A stretch of DNA of 64,000 nt from Spirogloea muscicola. Taxonomy: Eukaryota. Shown one piece after another: positions 23,047-35,819 of this stretch. The position numbers and the translations under genes were made by a program. Each line of letters begins with the position of its first letter. The stretch's first letter is position 1. The stretch lies in assembly GCA_009602725.1 (NCBI GenBank), contig WELB01000011.1, forward strand, positions 1,229,361-1,293,360, in the 5' to 3' direction. The notes under the pieces were generated by a model. The model saw only the letters and a program-made list of their open reading frames with translations. It did no database searches and had not been told where the DNA came from.

Positions 23047-25322
23047 TTACTCATGGAGATTTGACCGACAATCTGTCCTCATATTTCTGATCGTTTCGAT
23101 AAGCTCAAGTGGCCTACTCGTCACAATGCCATCAACCCCTGCTTCTAACATGCTTCTCATTGTCTCCTGGTCATCACAAGTCCAAGCCTGAACCTCCTTC
23201 CCAGCGCTGCACAGAATCATTAAGTGCAGCCCAGATAGCCCCGCTGAGTTCCACATGAGCACCTTATTCAAATAACTGAGGTGACCAACAGAAGATGAAG
23301 TTGAGGCTTGTTCCATGGGCCACATGGAGGACATTATGGCAGTAATTGGTAACATGCAGAGGAGAGCAGTATGCTTTCAGCATGCAGCAGTTGGCTGGTG
23401 GGCGCACCTGTGCACTTCTGCCACAAGCTGAGGTGTGACAAGGCCATAGAATACACCCACAACCTCGGGCTCGACCAATCTCAGCAGGCTGCCCGCTTGC
23501 CCAGTGCGAGAATCCGTCATGAAAATATACCCAGCCTAGGTATGATATGATGGGGTTCAGTGAATGATGTAAACAATCTCACAGCCTAGCCTACATCATA
23601 CTCCATAAAGGGAAGCAAAACTGACTGGCCAACAAAATGTTGCTGACCTTAATGGCAGGTTCCAACTGCTTGAGCTCGGCTACAACACCATCCAGCTTTG
23701 ACCATACCAAGCAGTTGTGGCAGCCAGCTTGTCTGACCTAAGCAGAGTCCACATCCAGGGCCAGAGTTGGTTTGATGGGGGTGTGCTATTGAATCAAATG
23801 CTGATGCTCTATTCTCCACCAGAGAGACACAGCCCAGTGCCATCCAAATATGGCAGACATTGCCAGCCCAAGCTGAAGAGAACATGCCTCACCACGTTAA
23901 GAACGTCATACGCCAGCGAGACCTCATGAAGAGGAGGACCAGTTTTCACATCTACAATGATTGTCTTCAACTTTCCACCCAATGTCTGCAGAAGAAGCAC
24001 TGTTCTGGTCTAGCTCCGCTAGTGCAGCTTTATCGAACAAACGCACAGCAGATCACAAAGGGAGAATACACATACACATCAAGCACATCAAGCACATGCA
24101 AATGCTGTCTGCCTGAAGGTGATTGGGCTGGCAAGTCCTACAGCATGCAAGTCTTATAGCATGCAACACAGATTCTGTACAATAAAGAGCTGTTCCCCTC
24201 ACTCTCAGAGCTTCCTCCAGCGTTGGTACCCGCTCGCCCAGGAGCCGTGAGTGGTGATACTGGCCTGCGTCCAGCTGCACCACCTGCCCTGCCCAAGCTT
24301 GACGAGCAATGACAAGATGGCTGTCAAGCCAGCTGCACAAGGGCCCCACCGCTGGCCGCAAACAAACCTTGACGAAGATGGCCAAGAGAACAAGGTGTTA
24401 AGCTCCCCAAGTAGCAAGCTTTGAGGCTTGTGAGAGCAAAGGTCACTTCTCACCTCCGAGAGAAGTACATCACCGACCTGTACATCCGGCTGCTGCATCA
24501 TGACCTGCAGATCCCTGTGTGTTGTGGCCAAGTATGCCACAGTCTATGTTTGTGAGCGGCAATGCTCGACATTCTCATGCCAATAAGCCCCAGTTGACGT
24601 TCGTGGGTGCATGAGCGTGCCTGACGTGAAGGGCGACCAGCCCGCCGTCCGCAGTGCGGGACACATCGACCTCCATGCAGTCGGCGCCGGCTTCGAGAGC
24701 CAGGCGGTATGCAGCTGCCTGGGCCCAACAAACACCAATGCCGCATGCAGATGTGAGCGGCAGGTGAGGACGATCACAAGGGAGAAGGCGCGCGGTGCGC
24801 AGCAAATCAAAAGCGTGGCCAAATCAAGCCAATACATAATGCTCAGGCAAAAGCTATATAAAAGCTGTATAAAAGGAGCGCAGGCTCTGAGAAAATCAGA
24901 GATGTGCAGCCGTAGGCTGGAGAGCTTGAGCAGCGACCGTGTTGGGAGGCGCGCGGGAGGAGTCGCCGCCGTGCGCGCAGACGAGCGGGGCGCGTTGAGA
25001 GAGCAGCCGGCGACAGACCTCTGCGGGAGGCAGCTGGTCACAACGACGCTTCGGGCTTGGCATCAGCAGGCAACGCAGGCTCAGGGTTCGGGGCTCAGCA
25101 GTGCGCGAGAGCGAGGCCGCGAACGGGGAAACTCGGCCGCGCACCGTCAATGGCGCTGGCGGCGCCGGCGAAGGCGGCGGCGGCGGCAGCTTTGGCAGCG
25201 CGAGGCGGCGGAGGAGGAGGATCCCGGGGAGGAGGAGGAGGAGGAAGAGGCCCGCGGAGAGGAGGAGGTAGGCGCCGAAGCTCAGGCGCGGCAGCAGCGG
25301 CGGCCGGNGCGCCGCGCCGCAT
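23047..25322 (-). CDS. Glycerophosphodiester phosphodiesterase (GDPD4-like), multi-exon; start uncertain (N at 25308)
   Basis: PLVCAHGGDSSRAPPNT, ADCMEVDVSRTADGGLVALH, RVPTLEEAL, IIVDVK, VQAWTCDD..GVDGIVTSRP; N-terminal hydrophobic segment. Confidence 0.88.
24780..24856 (-). mobile_element. CRE-like family A 3'-end fragment inside a 5'-proximal GDPD intron
   Basis: GAGAAGGCGCGCGGTGCGCA..GGCCAAATCAAGCCAATACAT..CAGGCAAAAGCTA. Confidence 0.7.
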
Positions 25323-25424
25323 GGCCGCGCGCGGCGGCGGCGGCGGCGGCGGCGGAGAGAGTGCGGCTGCTGATGTTGGGGACAGAGGCTGTGAAAGCCT
25401 GCCAGGTGCATGCCGAGGGGTATT

Positions 25425-25790
25425 CTTTTCCAGCCCCTATTCTCAATGGGCGAGCACTTTCTTCTTATTACCCCCGTGGCAGCGAAATTGGAGTGCGGCG
25501 GAGGATGTCGCGTTGGCCTGGTCTCGCTGCGCCACCGTCGTGGGCGTTACGCAGGCTCCCCCCATCTATGGAAGAAGCTCTTCCCAGAGTAGAAGAAAGG
25601 GCTCGCCCATTGAGGATAGGGGCTGGACAAGCCAGCCCAAAAAAGAATGAACAAAGAACGAGAAGGGGGCCAGAGGAAGCCAGAGGAAGCCCAGAGTGGA
25701 CTGGAGTGTATATTGAGTAATGGAGGGCCTGAGTGGCCAAGTACAGAAAGCAAGCACGTTGACAGATGTACATTCCCTGCTAGTAAGCTG
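25425..25790. mobile_element. Short CRE-like 3' ends (C + 25425-25466; C - 25590-25675; B - 25695-25790)
   Basis: Match the family C and B 3' UTRs elsewhere in the window. Confidence 0.75.
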
Positions 25791-25799
25791 AGCCCCTCC

Positions 25800-26257
25800 G
25801 CCGCCATCCGCGGGAAGACGAGTTCTTCCCGTTGGCAATAGACACCCATGGGGCGCTGGGCGCTCGGTGGCTCGAGCAGCTCACCCAGCTCGCCCGCTAC
25901 ACCATCCCGTCGCTTCCATGGGGAGCCGGTAGACTTTCCTGCAGCCGGGTCGCTGGCGCAAGTGTATCGAATGCGCCTGGCCGTCTCGCTGCAGAGGTCT
26001 ATGGCCCGGGCGTTGCACCTTCGTGCCGGCAGAGCCCTCGCTGCTGCCTCTGGCTCTGGCCAGGGGACCCACTTCCACGAGCCTAGCATCTCCGACCGGC
26101 GGCTGCTTAGCAGAGGTTACTGAGTGATTTGTAGCTGCTTTGTTTCTGTGTGTTGTTTTTCTTAGCGCTTCCCCTGGCCCCCTTCTCGTACTCTGTTCAT
26201 TCTTTTTTGGGCTGGCTTGTCCAGCCCCTATTCTCATTGGGCGAGCACTTTCTTCTC
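25800..26257 (+). mobile_element. 5'-truncated CRE-like LINE, family C
   Basis: FPLAIDTHGALG..; AAGSLAQVYRMRLAVSLQRSMARALHLRAG..SDRRLLSRGY*, followed by the hairpin 3' UTR and a TTCTTCT tail. Confidence 0.85.
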
Positions 26258-26799
26258 CGTAACCACGAGTCAGCACGCGGAGGTCGCAACTTGATGCCCG
26301 AGTATTGGACGGCAAAGGACGAGCCCTTGTGCCACCAGCTAAAGCTTGACCAGCTTTCTGGTGCAAAGGATGAGCCGGAGCTCGCTACCAACAGGCTGAC
26401 ACACGATGTACGACCAACAAGGGGGCGAAGGCTGTGAAAAGCCAGCACAACATTGACCAAAAGGATAAGCTCCGACAGGGCTGAAAAAGGGCTAAAACAC
26501 ACAGCTAAGCAAGCACCACGAAGGATTGGTTCTCGTAGTAATCCCCAGTAAGCAGCCGCAAGTCAGATAGACTAGCAGCCGGAAGAACTTACTCGCTGCT
26601 TGACTGAAAGGAAGGCCAAGCCAAGCGGGAGAGACGTGTCACCACACACCCAGAAATGAGAGAGCGCAGGGCGTGAAAGCATAGAAATGGAGGCCAAAGC
26701 AAGCCAGTACACTGTCAAAAGTCAGCAAAGAAAGCTTGGGAGCTATTCCTTTCTTCGTGATGGCTTGGGAAGCGGCCGGCTTTCTTTCAGAAGGAGGTG

Positions 26800-27513
26800 T
26801 CTTGAGGTGGTGGGCGTCCATAATCTCCTACGGGACGCCCTGGCGGACCTGGTGGGCGACTCCAGCTACCGCGCGCCATTGTGGAAGTGAGCAATATAAT
26901 GCCCATCACCAGGGATTCCCAGGGACGCCATCACTGTCGCACCCTGGACATTGTGGGTGTACAATCTGGCGGAGGCCCACGAGCCTTGGTTGACGTGGTG
27001 GTGACGGAGGCATACAAGAGTTCAGCATCGTCGCACATTGCTGGCTACGCAGTGGGAGGTGCTGAGTAGAGAAAGCTCCGACACTACTCTGACTACCCCA
27101 GCAGCGATCACCTCCTACCGGTGGCAATTGACACTTACGGCTGCATGGGTCCTCGCTTTCACACCTTCTCGAGAATATTGCAAGTTTGAGATATGCTCGA
27201 CATGAGGATATGCTTCCAGCTCAGATGGACATGCCGGCAGCCTACATGTCATTCTTGCGGCGTCGAGTGTCGGCTTGTCTGCAGCGAGCTCAGGCTCATG
27301 CGTTGCATCAAAAAGCTGGTCGAGCCGAAGCTGGTAGCTCAAGAGCTTGTCGATTGCCGTCCGGTATTCGGGCATCAGTTAGCGACCTCTATGTGCTGAC
27401 TCGTGGTTACTGAGCGGGTCAGCTTAGCAGCAGGTTGACGTACATTTGTCAATGTGCTTGCCATTGTACTTGACCGCACAGGCCCTCCATCTCTCAATAC
27501 ACACTCATTTCTT
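26800..27513 (+). mobile_element. 5'-truncated, decayed CRE-like LINE, family B
   Basis: EVVGVHNLLRDAL..LDIVGVQSGGGPRALVDVVVTEAYK..DLYVLTRGY*, with frameshifts and stops. Confidence 0.85.
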
Positions 27514-27907
27514 TCAGAAGAAGAGAAGCCCCCCGACGAGCGAGGCGTCAGGCATTTGCAGTGCACTTGCGGGCAGGGCCGCGCTTTTGGCTGCTGCTTC
27601 TGGTTCTTGTCAGATGTCGAAGAAAGCGCTCGCCCATTGAGGATAGGGGCTAGAAAAGCTAGCCCAAAAAAGATGTCACTCTTCGCACCGTAGACGAGGT
27701 GCCAATGGAGGAGTTATCGTGTATTTGAAACAAACCAAGGCCAAAATGGCCAAGTACAAAGGCAAGCACATCTAATGACGTACATCACCCACGGCAGATT
27801 GACCCGTTCAGTGACCACGGGTCAATACATGAAGGTCGCTAATCGTCAGTGTCTGCGCTGCGGGGTGTCGCGTCGCGGCGGTGCCTCCGCGGTCGCCAAG
27901 CCGCGCA

Positions 27908-30900
27908 ATGGAGGCTCCGCCGCCGCCGCCGCTGCCGCTGCCGCCGCCGCCACCGCTNGCCGCGCCCGCGGCCGAGGCCGAGGCGCCGGCGGCGGCGGGA
28001 GCACCTTCGGAGGCCGAGGGCCGCGGCGAGACGCACGGCCACCGAACCTTAACGGTGAGCCACGGCGGTGGCTCTGCCACGTCCGGCAGTGGCTGGTCCA
28101 AGTGGCAATCTGCCAGGCGTGAGGGGCCTCGCGGCACCTCAGCCTCTTGGTGACGGTGACGGTCTCGATCGCCTGCTGACAGCGGCCAAAGCGGGCGAGC
28201 ACTGGACCAAAGGGTGCAGTGCTGGTTTCCGTCGCCGTAGTTGTCAAGTGTTGCAGGTCCTCATGGTCGGTGCAGCTCATCCCCGGCACTTGCAGCTCAT
28301 GTGATGCTGACTTCCCATTACTGTTACTGCAGTGGTGGAACATGTTGCAGAAACTGCCGCCACCAGGATGTTGTCCGCGCTCCACCTCGACGAGGCTTGG
28401 GCCAGCGCATCAGCGCCCCTAGACAGACTCCTGCACTGCTTGTTTGCGGAGCTCCAACCATCTGAGGAGGACCATTTGCATCGCTGCCAGGTCGTGGACC
28501 GCCTCAACGCCGTCCTGGCAGAGACCAACATCTGCCCTCCAGGTGGGACAATCTCGCTCGGGAGGCCAGCCCGAGGGTCCCGTCCGAGCCTACAATCTCT
28601 CCACCATGGCACCACAGGATTATGTACAGGGAATGGCAGCCGATGTTGATCTGCCTCAACACCAACTTCTGTTCTGTGTTGATGCCTCAGGTTCTATCTT
28701 GCCTTTTGGCTCTTTTGAGTCTAATCTTTACACGCCATGGGGAGATCTCGATGTCGCCCTGGAGCTGCCTCCACCGTCTCCTCTGCACAAGGATTACGCC
28801 AACCGAAGACTGTTAGCCAGAATTGCACGCACCCTCGCATATGGACAAACACGTGAGCTACTGTCAGTGTGAGCAATTCATGTCTCGTGCAGTTGCAGGG
28901 TGTCTGGCCATGACAGCTGTGAAGTCGTTCACATGCTTGATATCCCTTATCCCTAACGTTGTGTTTATTCAACTTGGCCACAGCAATGGCAGTGAGGATG
29001 CAAGTAGTTGCACATGCGCGCATTCCACTCATCATGTTCCACGACAAAGCCACTGGCATTGCCTGTGATCTGTCCATCAACAATGGCAAGGGTCTTCTCA
29101 AGTCCCGTGTCCTCAAGTGGGTGACTGAGCTTGATCTCAGGTGCCGACAGCTGATCTTCCTGGTAAGGCCCCCTTTGCGCCTCTTCACATTGTGCTCCAT
29201 GCACACAACTCCAGGTCTATAAAAGTGCTGCAGTGGTGGCTAACTGAAGAGGAGGAGGAGTGAGCTGAACGAGAAAGGTGCAAAGTTGCAGGTCAAATGG
29301 TGGGCAAAGTGCCAAGACATTAACTCTCCAAAGATGGGGACATTGAATTCCTATGCTTTGGCCCAACTCGTGATTCTCCATCTGCAGGTGAAAAGCTCAT
29401 AATTAGGCCAAATCTGTATTTGCATTGTTGTAAGGCCGAGTTGTTTGTGTCTTGATGTAAGCAAAGGCCATGCAGGAGGATGCAGCATGAGCAGATTATA
29501 GACAACGGACCATGCTTTTAGCTCGTCTAGAGTCCTCCTGCAGATGATTGTGCCTCCTATCCTGCCTCCGCTGAGTGGTATACTTCCCAAGGATTCGTCA
29601 GACGTATCTGTAGGTGCTTGCCTCCTCTTGGCTCAGCAAAGCACCAATGTGCAGTGAAGTTTGTTTGTACGCGGCCAGCTTCTGCATGTCAAAGTACGCA
29701 GTTAAAAGTGCTGTCATCTTCTGCGGATAGTGTACTTTTGGAAGGTTCTGGCATGCTGCAAGCAATCCCATTGAGACGTGCTACACTTTGTTGTATGGTG
29801 TCAGCCGTTATTTTAATTGCCTGCTCAAATAATGTCACCAGGGCTTATGATGCATTGTGGTTGTGCTGTATTTGAGCAGATAAGAGTGTCCCTTTGAACA
29901 ATGAGCACTTCTTCGCTCATTGCAAGCAGGCTTTGTCTGAGTGGAAGCTTCATAGTGGTGCTGCTTTGAATGAGACCAGCCTTGCAACACTCTTAGCTAC
30001 ATTCTTTCTCAGGGTATGCTGCCATGCAGACTGCTGTAGCTGCAGGTGATCGGTAGGGTTTGTAAGCGTCAATGTAAAGGTCTCTTGTCATTGAGGAGTT
30101 GAGAAAGGCTGAGGCCTCTGAAGGACATGCAAGCACAAGACTTTCCGAAGTCTCGCAGTCTGCCAGAATCAATTGTGGCATAGGATCAATCGGCTGGGGC
30201 TGCATAGACGGCCTTGACTCGTTCATATACACTTGCTAGCAACTTCCACTGAGCCCGAGCATGCCTAGCACAGTCAAGTCATGTGAGCAGCTCATTCCAA
30301 CTTGATCTGATTCACTGCTGTGCAGTTTGGAGCAGTGAATGACTTGTGGCAGCAAGGTCTTGCAGTGTGCACTTACAGTGGCACATGGAGAGACCCACAA
30401 GACTTGCCACAGTCTTGGTCATCAAAATACTACAGCATGGCAGTGAGATGCATACCCTCCTCCTCTACACATCCACTTCTTTATGTAGCTAGCTGTGGCC
30501 AATGCTTTAGGCCCTCACAATCATAGTAAGTGAGACTGTGCTGACTAAGGGGTTGCCAATGAGTAGCGCAACTGAGGAGTTGGGCTACTCGTTTCAAGTG
30601 TACAACTTGAAGAATGTCCAGACATAAGATGCTGATAGTCTTCCTTCCTCACATTTGAACCTGGACTTGCAAAACAATCCATGAGTAATGTCAAGTGCTG
30701 TCTATCCAAAGGTGGTGGATCCCTTCGATCTGGTGGAGAATTGTGCGCGCTCAGTGCAGGCCAACCATTTCCCACGCGTTATACATGCCTTTTCATCAGC
30801 TGCAACAGCACTTGGCAGACCTCCTCCTTTGGAAGGCCACCGCCTGCAGGAACTGCAAAAATTCCTGTTCAAGTGGCCTGCTCGACCAGTGCGGGAGTTT

Positions 30901-31983
30901 ACCAGATTGAGGCATGAATCTGCTGCTAGTGTTTCTCTTGGCACAGGCAATCCCAGGCAAACAATGGCAGCCCCGTACAGCAGGCACTCACAGGACGCTG
31001 GCGAGACTGCAGAGGCGCCCCATCGCCAGAGCCCTGAGCAGCTGCTACCCACTGGTGCCAGTGCATCAGGTGTTGGCATTTTGTGGAGTGGTCAAAGGCA
31101 GGTGGTTGGGCCGAGGGCAACTCAAGTAGTTCCTCTGAAACCTCAAGCCACCATAGGCGGCATCCAGGGCCCCTCAGCTTCAGGCCGTGAAGGCTCTTGG
31201 TGGCGGCAGCCTCACAACAATGGCGGAACAACTTTGGACCAAAGGCAACAGCATCAATCGCGAGGCTTCGACGAGATTCGTACCCCCCCTGTTCAAGATG
31301 GCCCATGGTCCAGACAAGAGCACTCTATTTCAGCTGCAGCTTCACAGATGGGCCGTGAGCATGTGTCTGCCTCCATGCTCAACATAACCAGGCCTATGCA
31401 GGCATCGCCACATCTGCCTTCTGCATACTCAGACTCCCAGCTGCCACCAGCGCTGCCAAAGGGCCATCTACCAGCTCATGTAGTTGAGCTGTCAAAAGCA
31501 AGGCCAGGCGAGCACAAGGTAGCCCTGCCACTTCAAGCAAGTTCCTATCCAGCAGATGTTGCAAAATTGACTGGCGGTATCAACCTGCTGGTTCTGCTTC
31601 TGCCCAAAGAGGCCCAGCGCCTTCAGGATGCTCGCGAGACAAGTCCTCAAGCGGCCGTCCACAACGAGCTGAAGACTGACAGTGACAAACAGGATGGAGA
31701 CTACAGTCAGACAGGGGTTTCGCCAGTACGTAAAGGGTCAGGGCCGACTCGAGAACAAATGCGTGGGCAGGGTCGGTACCACAGGCAGAGGAGAGGGTCA
31801 AAAGTAGGATTGGATACTGGACTTAGTGCCACAGGTTCTTCTGCTTCAGGAGCAAGTAAATATCCCCTCGAGTTTCCAAAGCAGACGAGCAGAGACAGAG
31901 AGTTGCAGGAGACGGTGAAGCGTGCAGCCAAGAAGGGCAATTTGCAGAGCGCAAGGGGAGGAGCCTGTAGGAAAGCGACGTGA
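27908..31983 (+). CDS. HESO1: HESO1-like terminal nucleotidyltransferase (Cid1/PAP-associated family), multi-exon, long disordered C-terminus
   Basis: PFGSFESNLYTPWGDLDVAL, ARIPLIMF..CDLSINN..KS, VKWWAK..INSPKMGTLNSYAL, DPFDLVENCARSV. Confidence 0.8.
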
Positions 31984-33129
31984 GCAAGGCCGGGCACGAT
32001 ATAGCAGGTCAAAGGGAGAAGGGAAAGCTGGGGCTAATCCCAAAGAGACAGGCAGTCGTGACTCAGGGCCAAGCGACCAGGCTGTTGGCCCGTCCACAGG
32101 TGGCAGAGGTGGCAGAAGAAGGGTGGTCATCAAAGCCGTGGGCGTGCCCTCCCCAACACTCAACATTATGCAGACTGAGTGGGCCGGTACTTGAGGATCG
32201 ATTCTTCTGTGCACATAAGCAGAGTGTTGACTACCGTGGAGGACAGTGAGGTTGACATGCACCTCAGCTGGAGTTGGCTGGGGTAAGCTGGAGTAAAGCT
32301 GGAGGAAAGCGGCGCAGCGTTGAGGCCGCTGGCAACATGTGGGTCGTCCTTTCAAGGTAACAGTTGCTTAAGAGCATGTTTCACATTTTGCAGGTTGTCA
32401 GATAACAACCACTGTGTGCTTTGTTGCATTCAACGTGATCAGAGCTCTGACTAGCATGGACTGATTGCGCCAAGGACGTCTGAACATACTGCAGCTACTT
32501 CACTGGCGAGCAACCAGTTCCAACTTCCATTGAAAGCTGGTATGAAAGTGACGAGCTGCTTTGCAGCAGTGAGGAGTGAGTAGGGCAGCCGCAACAACTT
32601 GGCAGTAACTTTGAGGCTGGTTGCAGAGTTGCTCCGCTGCCCTACTCAAGGTAAAAGATGAAGTCTTAGAAAGATGGCCACGAGAATGTAGTACATGTGC
32701 CGAGCAAGCTTTTGTCTCCTCTTGCTCGCCTCATGCCATGCATGGAGCTGCCAGCATCTGCACGTCACACAAGGCCACGAGGGCAAAGCCAGCATAAGTT
32801 GACGAGTCACGATGACTTAGTGTTGCCAGCCAACAAGCCCTTGCTGTGTGACGGTGTATGATCTGAGCATGCAGGCGTGGAAGTTATGATCCATTGGGGT
32901 GGGGTGAAGCAGCTGATTAAGGGTAGCTGTAAGAGCCAGCCATTTGTGAAGAACAGACGTTGTGGCGCCGCAGACTGGCAGCTCAGGACCCAGCCAGTAG
33001 CCCCATGTCAGCAATATGATGTCAAATGAGCCCAAGGGAGAGAGAGGGGAGCCTGGCTATGGAGTCCTGCTGCGCAAGCTCAGAGCTGCTGCTAAGGGCA
33101 TGGAGGGCAGGGGCAAAGTGTTTCGAGTG

Positions 33130-34100
33130 AAGCAAAAGGCGCGCAATGCCGAATGAGATGGAGGCCAGATCAAGCTATCACACTGTTCAGGCAGAAGCTA
33201 GTGTAAGCATGGGGCTACACAGAAGCAAGCCCTGTGCTAAGGAAGCCTGTGGCAACAGTACAATAAGCCTGATGAAGGGAGACCTCAGTACCCATGAGTG
33301 ATGGCGTGCGAGTGCGACAGGCTGACATGGGAATTGAAGGGGGGTTGCTGGGGCAGAAGGGGCAATAAGGCGCAGGTGTGCGAGGGAGAGCAATGTAGAG
33401 GGAGGAGCCCTACCATACAAGAGCTTTCCGAAGTGGGGCTTTAGAACAGCCCAGCAAGACGGCTGGCTGGCTGGCTGTGGAAATGAGACGGTATTGACCT
33501 GAGTCCCTCTTGGTCCTTCCTAAAAATAGTGTACTGACTCGCTTTGGCCTCCCACTCATTCACGCCGCCTGCCGTTTGTCTCACACTGTCACTTACACTG
33601 TCACTTTTTTTGCACTGAACTTAGCCATCTTAGCAGAAAGAACGAGCGGCCAGGTTGACTGGTGGCTGGGAAAGGCCAGCCCAAAGGAATGGACAAGGTC
33701 TGAAGGAGCCGGAGTGCGAGCGATCAGGACTAAGACATCAGCCAGGGAACGCTCAGTAATCTCTAGTCAGGAGATGCAAGTCTGAGTAGCTAGCCGGCGG
33801 AAAGCAGAAGAAAGTGCTCGCCCATTGAGAATAGGGGCTGGAACAACCAGCCCGAAAAGGAATGAACAGAGTACGAGAAGGGGGCCAGGGGAAGCGCTAA
33901 GAAAGAGAAACAAAGCAGCTACGAGACACTCAGTAACCCCTGCTAAGCAGCCGCAGAGCAGAGATGCTGGGCTCCTGGCAGTGGGTCCCCTGGCCAAAGC
34001 AGAGGGCTTCATGCTTCATTTCATGTAGCCCAACTTCTTGCACTAGCTCTTGCCTAACCAATGTATTGGCTTGAATTGGCCACCCGGCCTTTCAATTCAT
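33130..34100. mobile_element. Cluster of CRE-like 3' fragments upstream of the CblD gene (A-type 33135-33330 -, E 33635-33740 -, C 33805-34000 -, A 34005-34100 +)
   Basis: 33805-34000 is the reverse complement of the family C end; 33285-33330 encodes ..HVSLSHSHAITHGY* on the minus strand. Confidence 0.75.
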
Positions 34101-34171
34101 GTCGTGTCATAGCGGCGGCGGGTTGTCATTCCAGTCGCCCGCACCTGAGCAGCCGCCTGCAGCACCTCAGC

Positions 34172-34210
<39 letters not shown>

Positions 34211-34264
34211 ACCTCGCGTGGCCCCCGCGCTGCCGCTTCCGAGTGCGTCCTGGAGGCCGCGGCG

Positions 34265-35405
34265 ATGGGCGCCGCCGTGCCGGAGCCGCCGCCGCGGCAG
34301 GGCCGGCACGCGCTCGTGGACGTTCGCACCACGCGCTCGGGCATGGAGTACTCCGTGCACAGTATGCATCCGCCGCCACAACCCCGCCGCCGCCAGGCCG
34401 CCTCAGCTGGGTGCTGCGTTCAGAGCCCCCGGGGTAGCCCTGGGTGCGCCTACCTCGCTCACAACACCGCGCCGCAACTGGGACGAGCTCGGCGTCAGTG
34501 AGGCCACTGGGCCAGCTGCCGTAGGACGTCTCAACTGGCAACGTGAATCTGGGTGCCTGCAGTGTGGTGTGCAGGCTGCCCCGAGCACTACAAGCGCGAG
34601 CTGGCGGCCATGTTCCAGGACCTCCGTGACCTCCTGATCGTGCCGACGTGCCAGAGGGCCGCCATGGAGCTGGTCAGGTTTGGCGACGACGTAGAGGCCG
34701 AGAAGGACCGCCTGCTTGAGGCGGTGAGCCAGCCTCTACACGCCCTCAACGTTGCCCTGCCCAGGCGTCACTCTTTGAGCTGAGATTCTGGCATTGAGCG
34801 ACATCACAGCTTTTAGTAAGACCTGAGACGTCAGCGTACAGCTAAGCTGTCGTCCTGTTGAGGCTCATCACAAGTGGTCTCCCTGTGCTTGGCCATGCAG
34901 TTCATGGCCTGGGCGCAGGCCGTCCACAAGGAGGCCTCCTTGCTCGGCTACTTTTGTGACTACATCGATCCCTGCTCCGGGCTCCCTGTAAGCGACCACT
35001 CCGTGGCCTAGCAGGCTTGCAGTGCTGAGCAGTGCCTGCTGCTAGCAATGGTCTGAGTGATCTATGGCTCGCGCTAGACCTCTGGCCCCCCCTGTCAAGT
35101 CTGGTGTCCATTTCACTGATTCGTCCACAGCTGTTCGTGCCAAGGGATTTCTGTCACTGCTGTTTCACTGATATTGATCTGCTCCCTTCGTCAAAACCTC
35201 TGAACAGATGGTACATAGGGGCACCAATACTGTGTATAGTGAAGTCGACGCCCTCCAGTTCTTCCTCGGCTACTCCTGCCAGAATGCCGGCTGCTGCAAA
35301 GTCGTCCTCCACCCTAGTTGGGGCTCTGCTGTATACCCGGCAACTCTTCTCACAAATGCTCCACCTGCACTCTTGTTGAACGTCATTGCAAAAGTAGACC
35401 TATAG
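34265..35405 (+). CDS. MMADHC: Cobalamin trafficking protein CblD / MMADHC homologue; ~4 exons
   Basis: MEYSVH.CP..YKREL..MF, EKDRLLE.FM.WA, GYFCDYIDPCSGLP, YSEVD..LGY..NAGCCKVVLHPSWGSAVYPATLLTNAP. Confidence 0.85.
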
Positions 35406-35819
35406 CCCAAGGACACGTCATAGATCTCTTTATTCTTTCGTGAGCTCTGGTAATGTCTTGGCCTGCCGAAAGCATCCTTGGTGTTGCTGATCACCTCTGC
35501 TTATAGAAGCCTTGTGTGCATGTCAGAAGTTGGCCCTTGCTTATCCCTGCAGAGGCTGGTCTTGCACATTCTCATGCACAGGTATTGCTCGGTGATGAAT
35601 GATGCAATTGCGTAGGCACTCATCTGCATTAGCAGTACATCCAGAAGCTCGAAGCAATCTGTTTCAGGAAACCCTGCATGGTGGGCACCTGTGGGCAATC
35701 GAATTCATCTGTGTGATCCAGTCTGACTGGATGGTCCAATGTCTGTTGAACAGTAGTTTCCATGCTCTTGGCCATGATCAGTCGAGTGCCTGTCTCTCTC
35801 TTGATTCTTGTAGTTGCTC

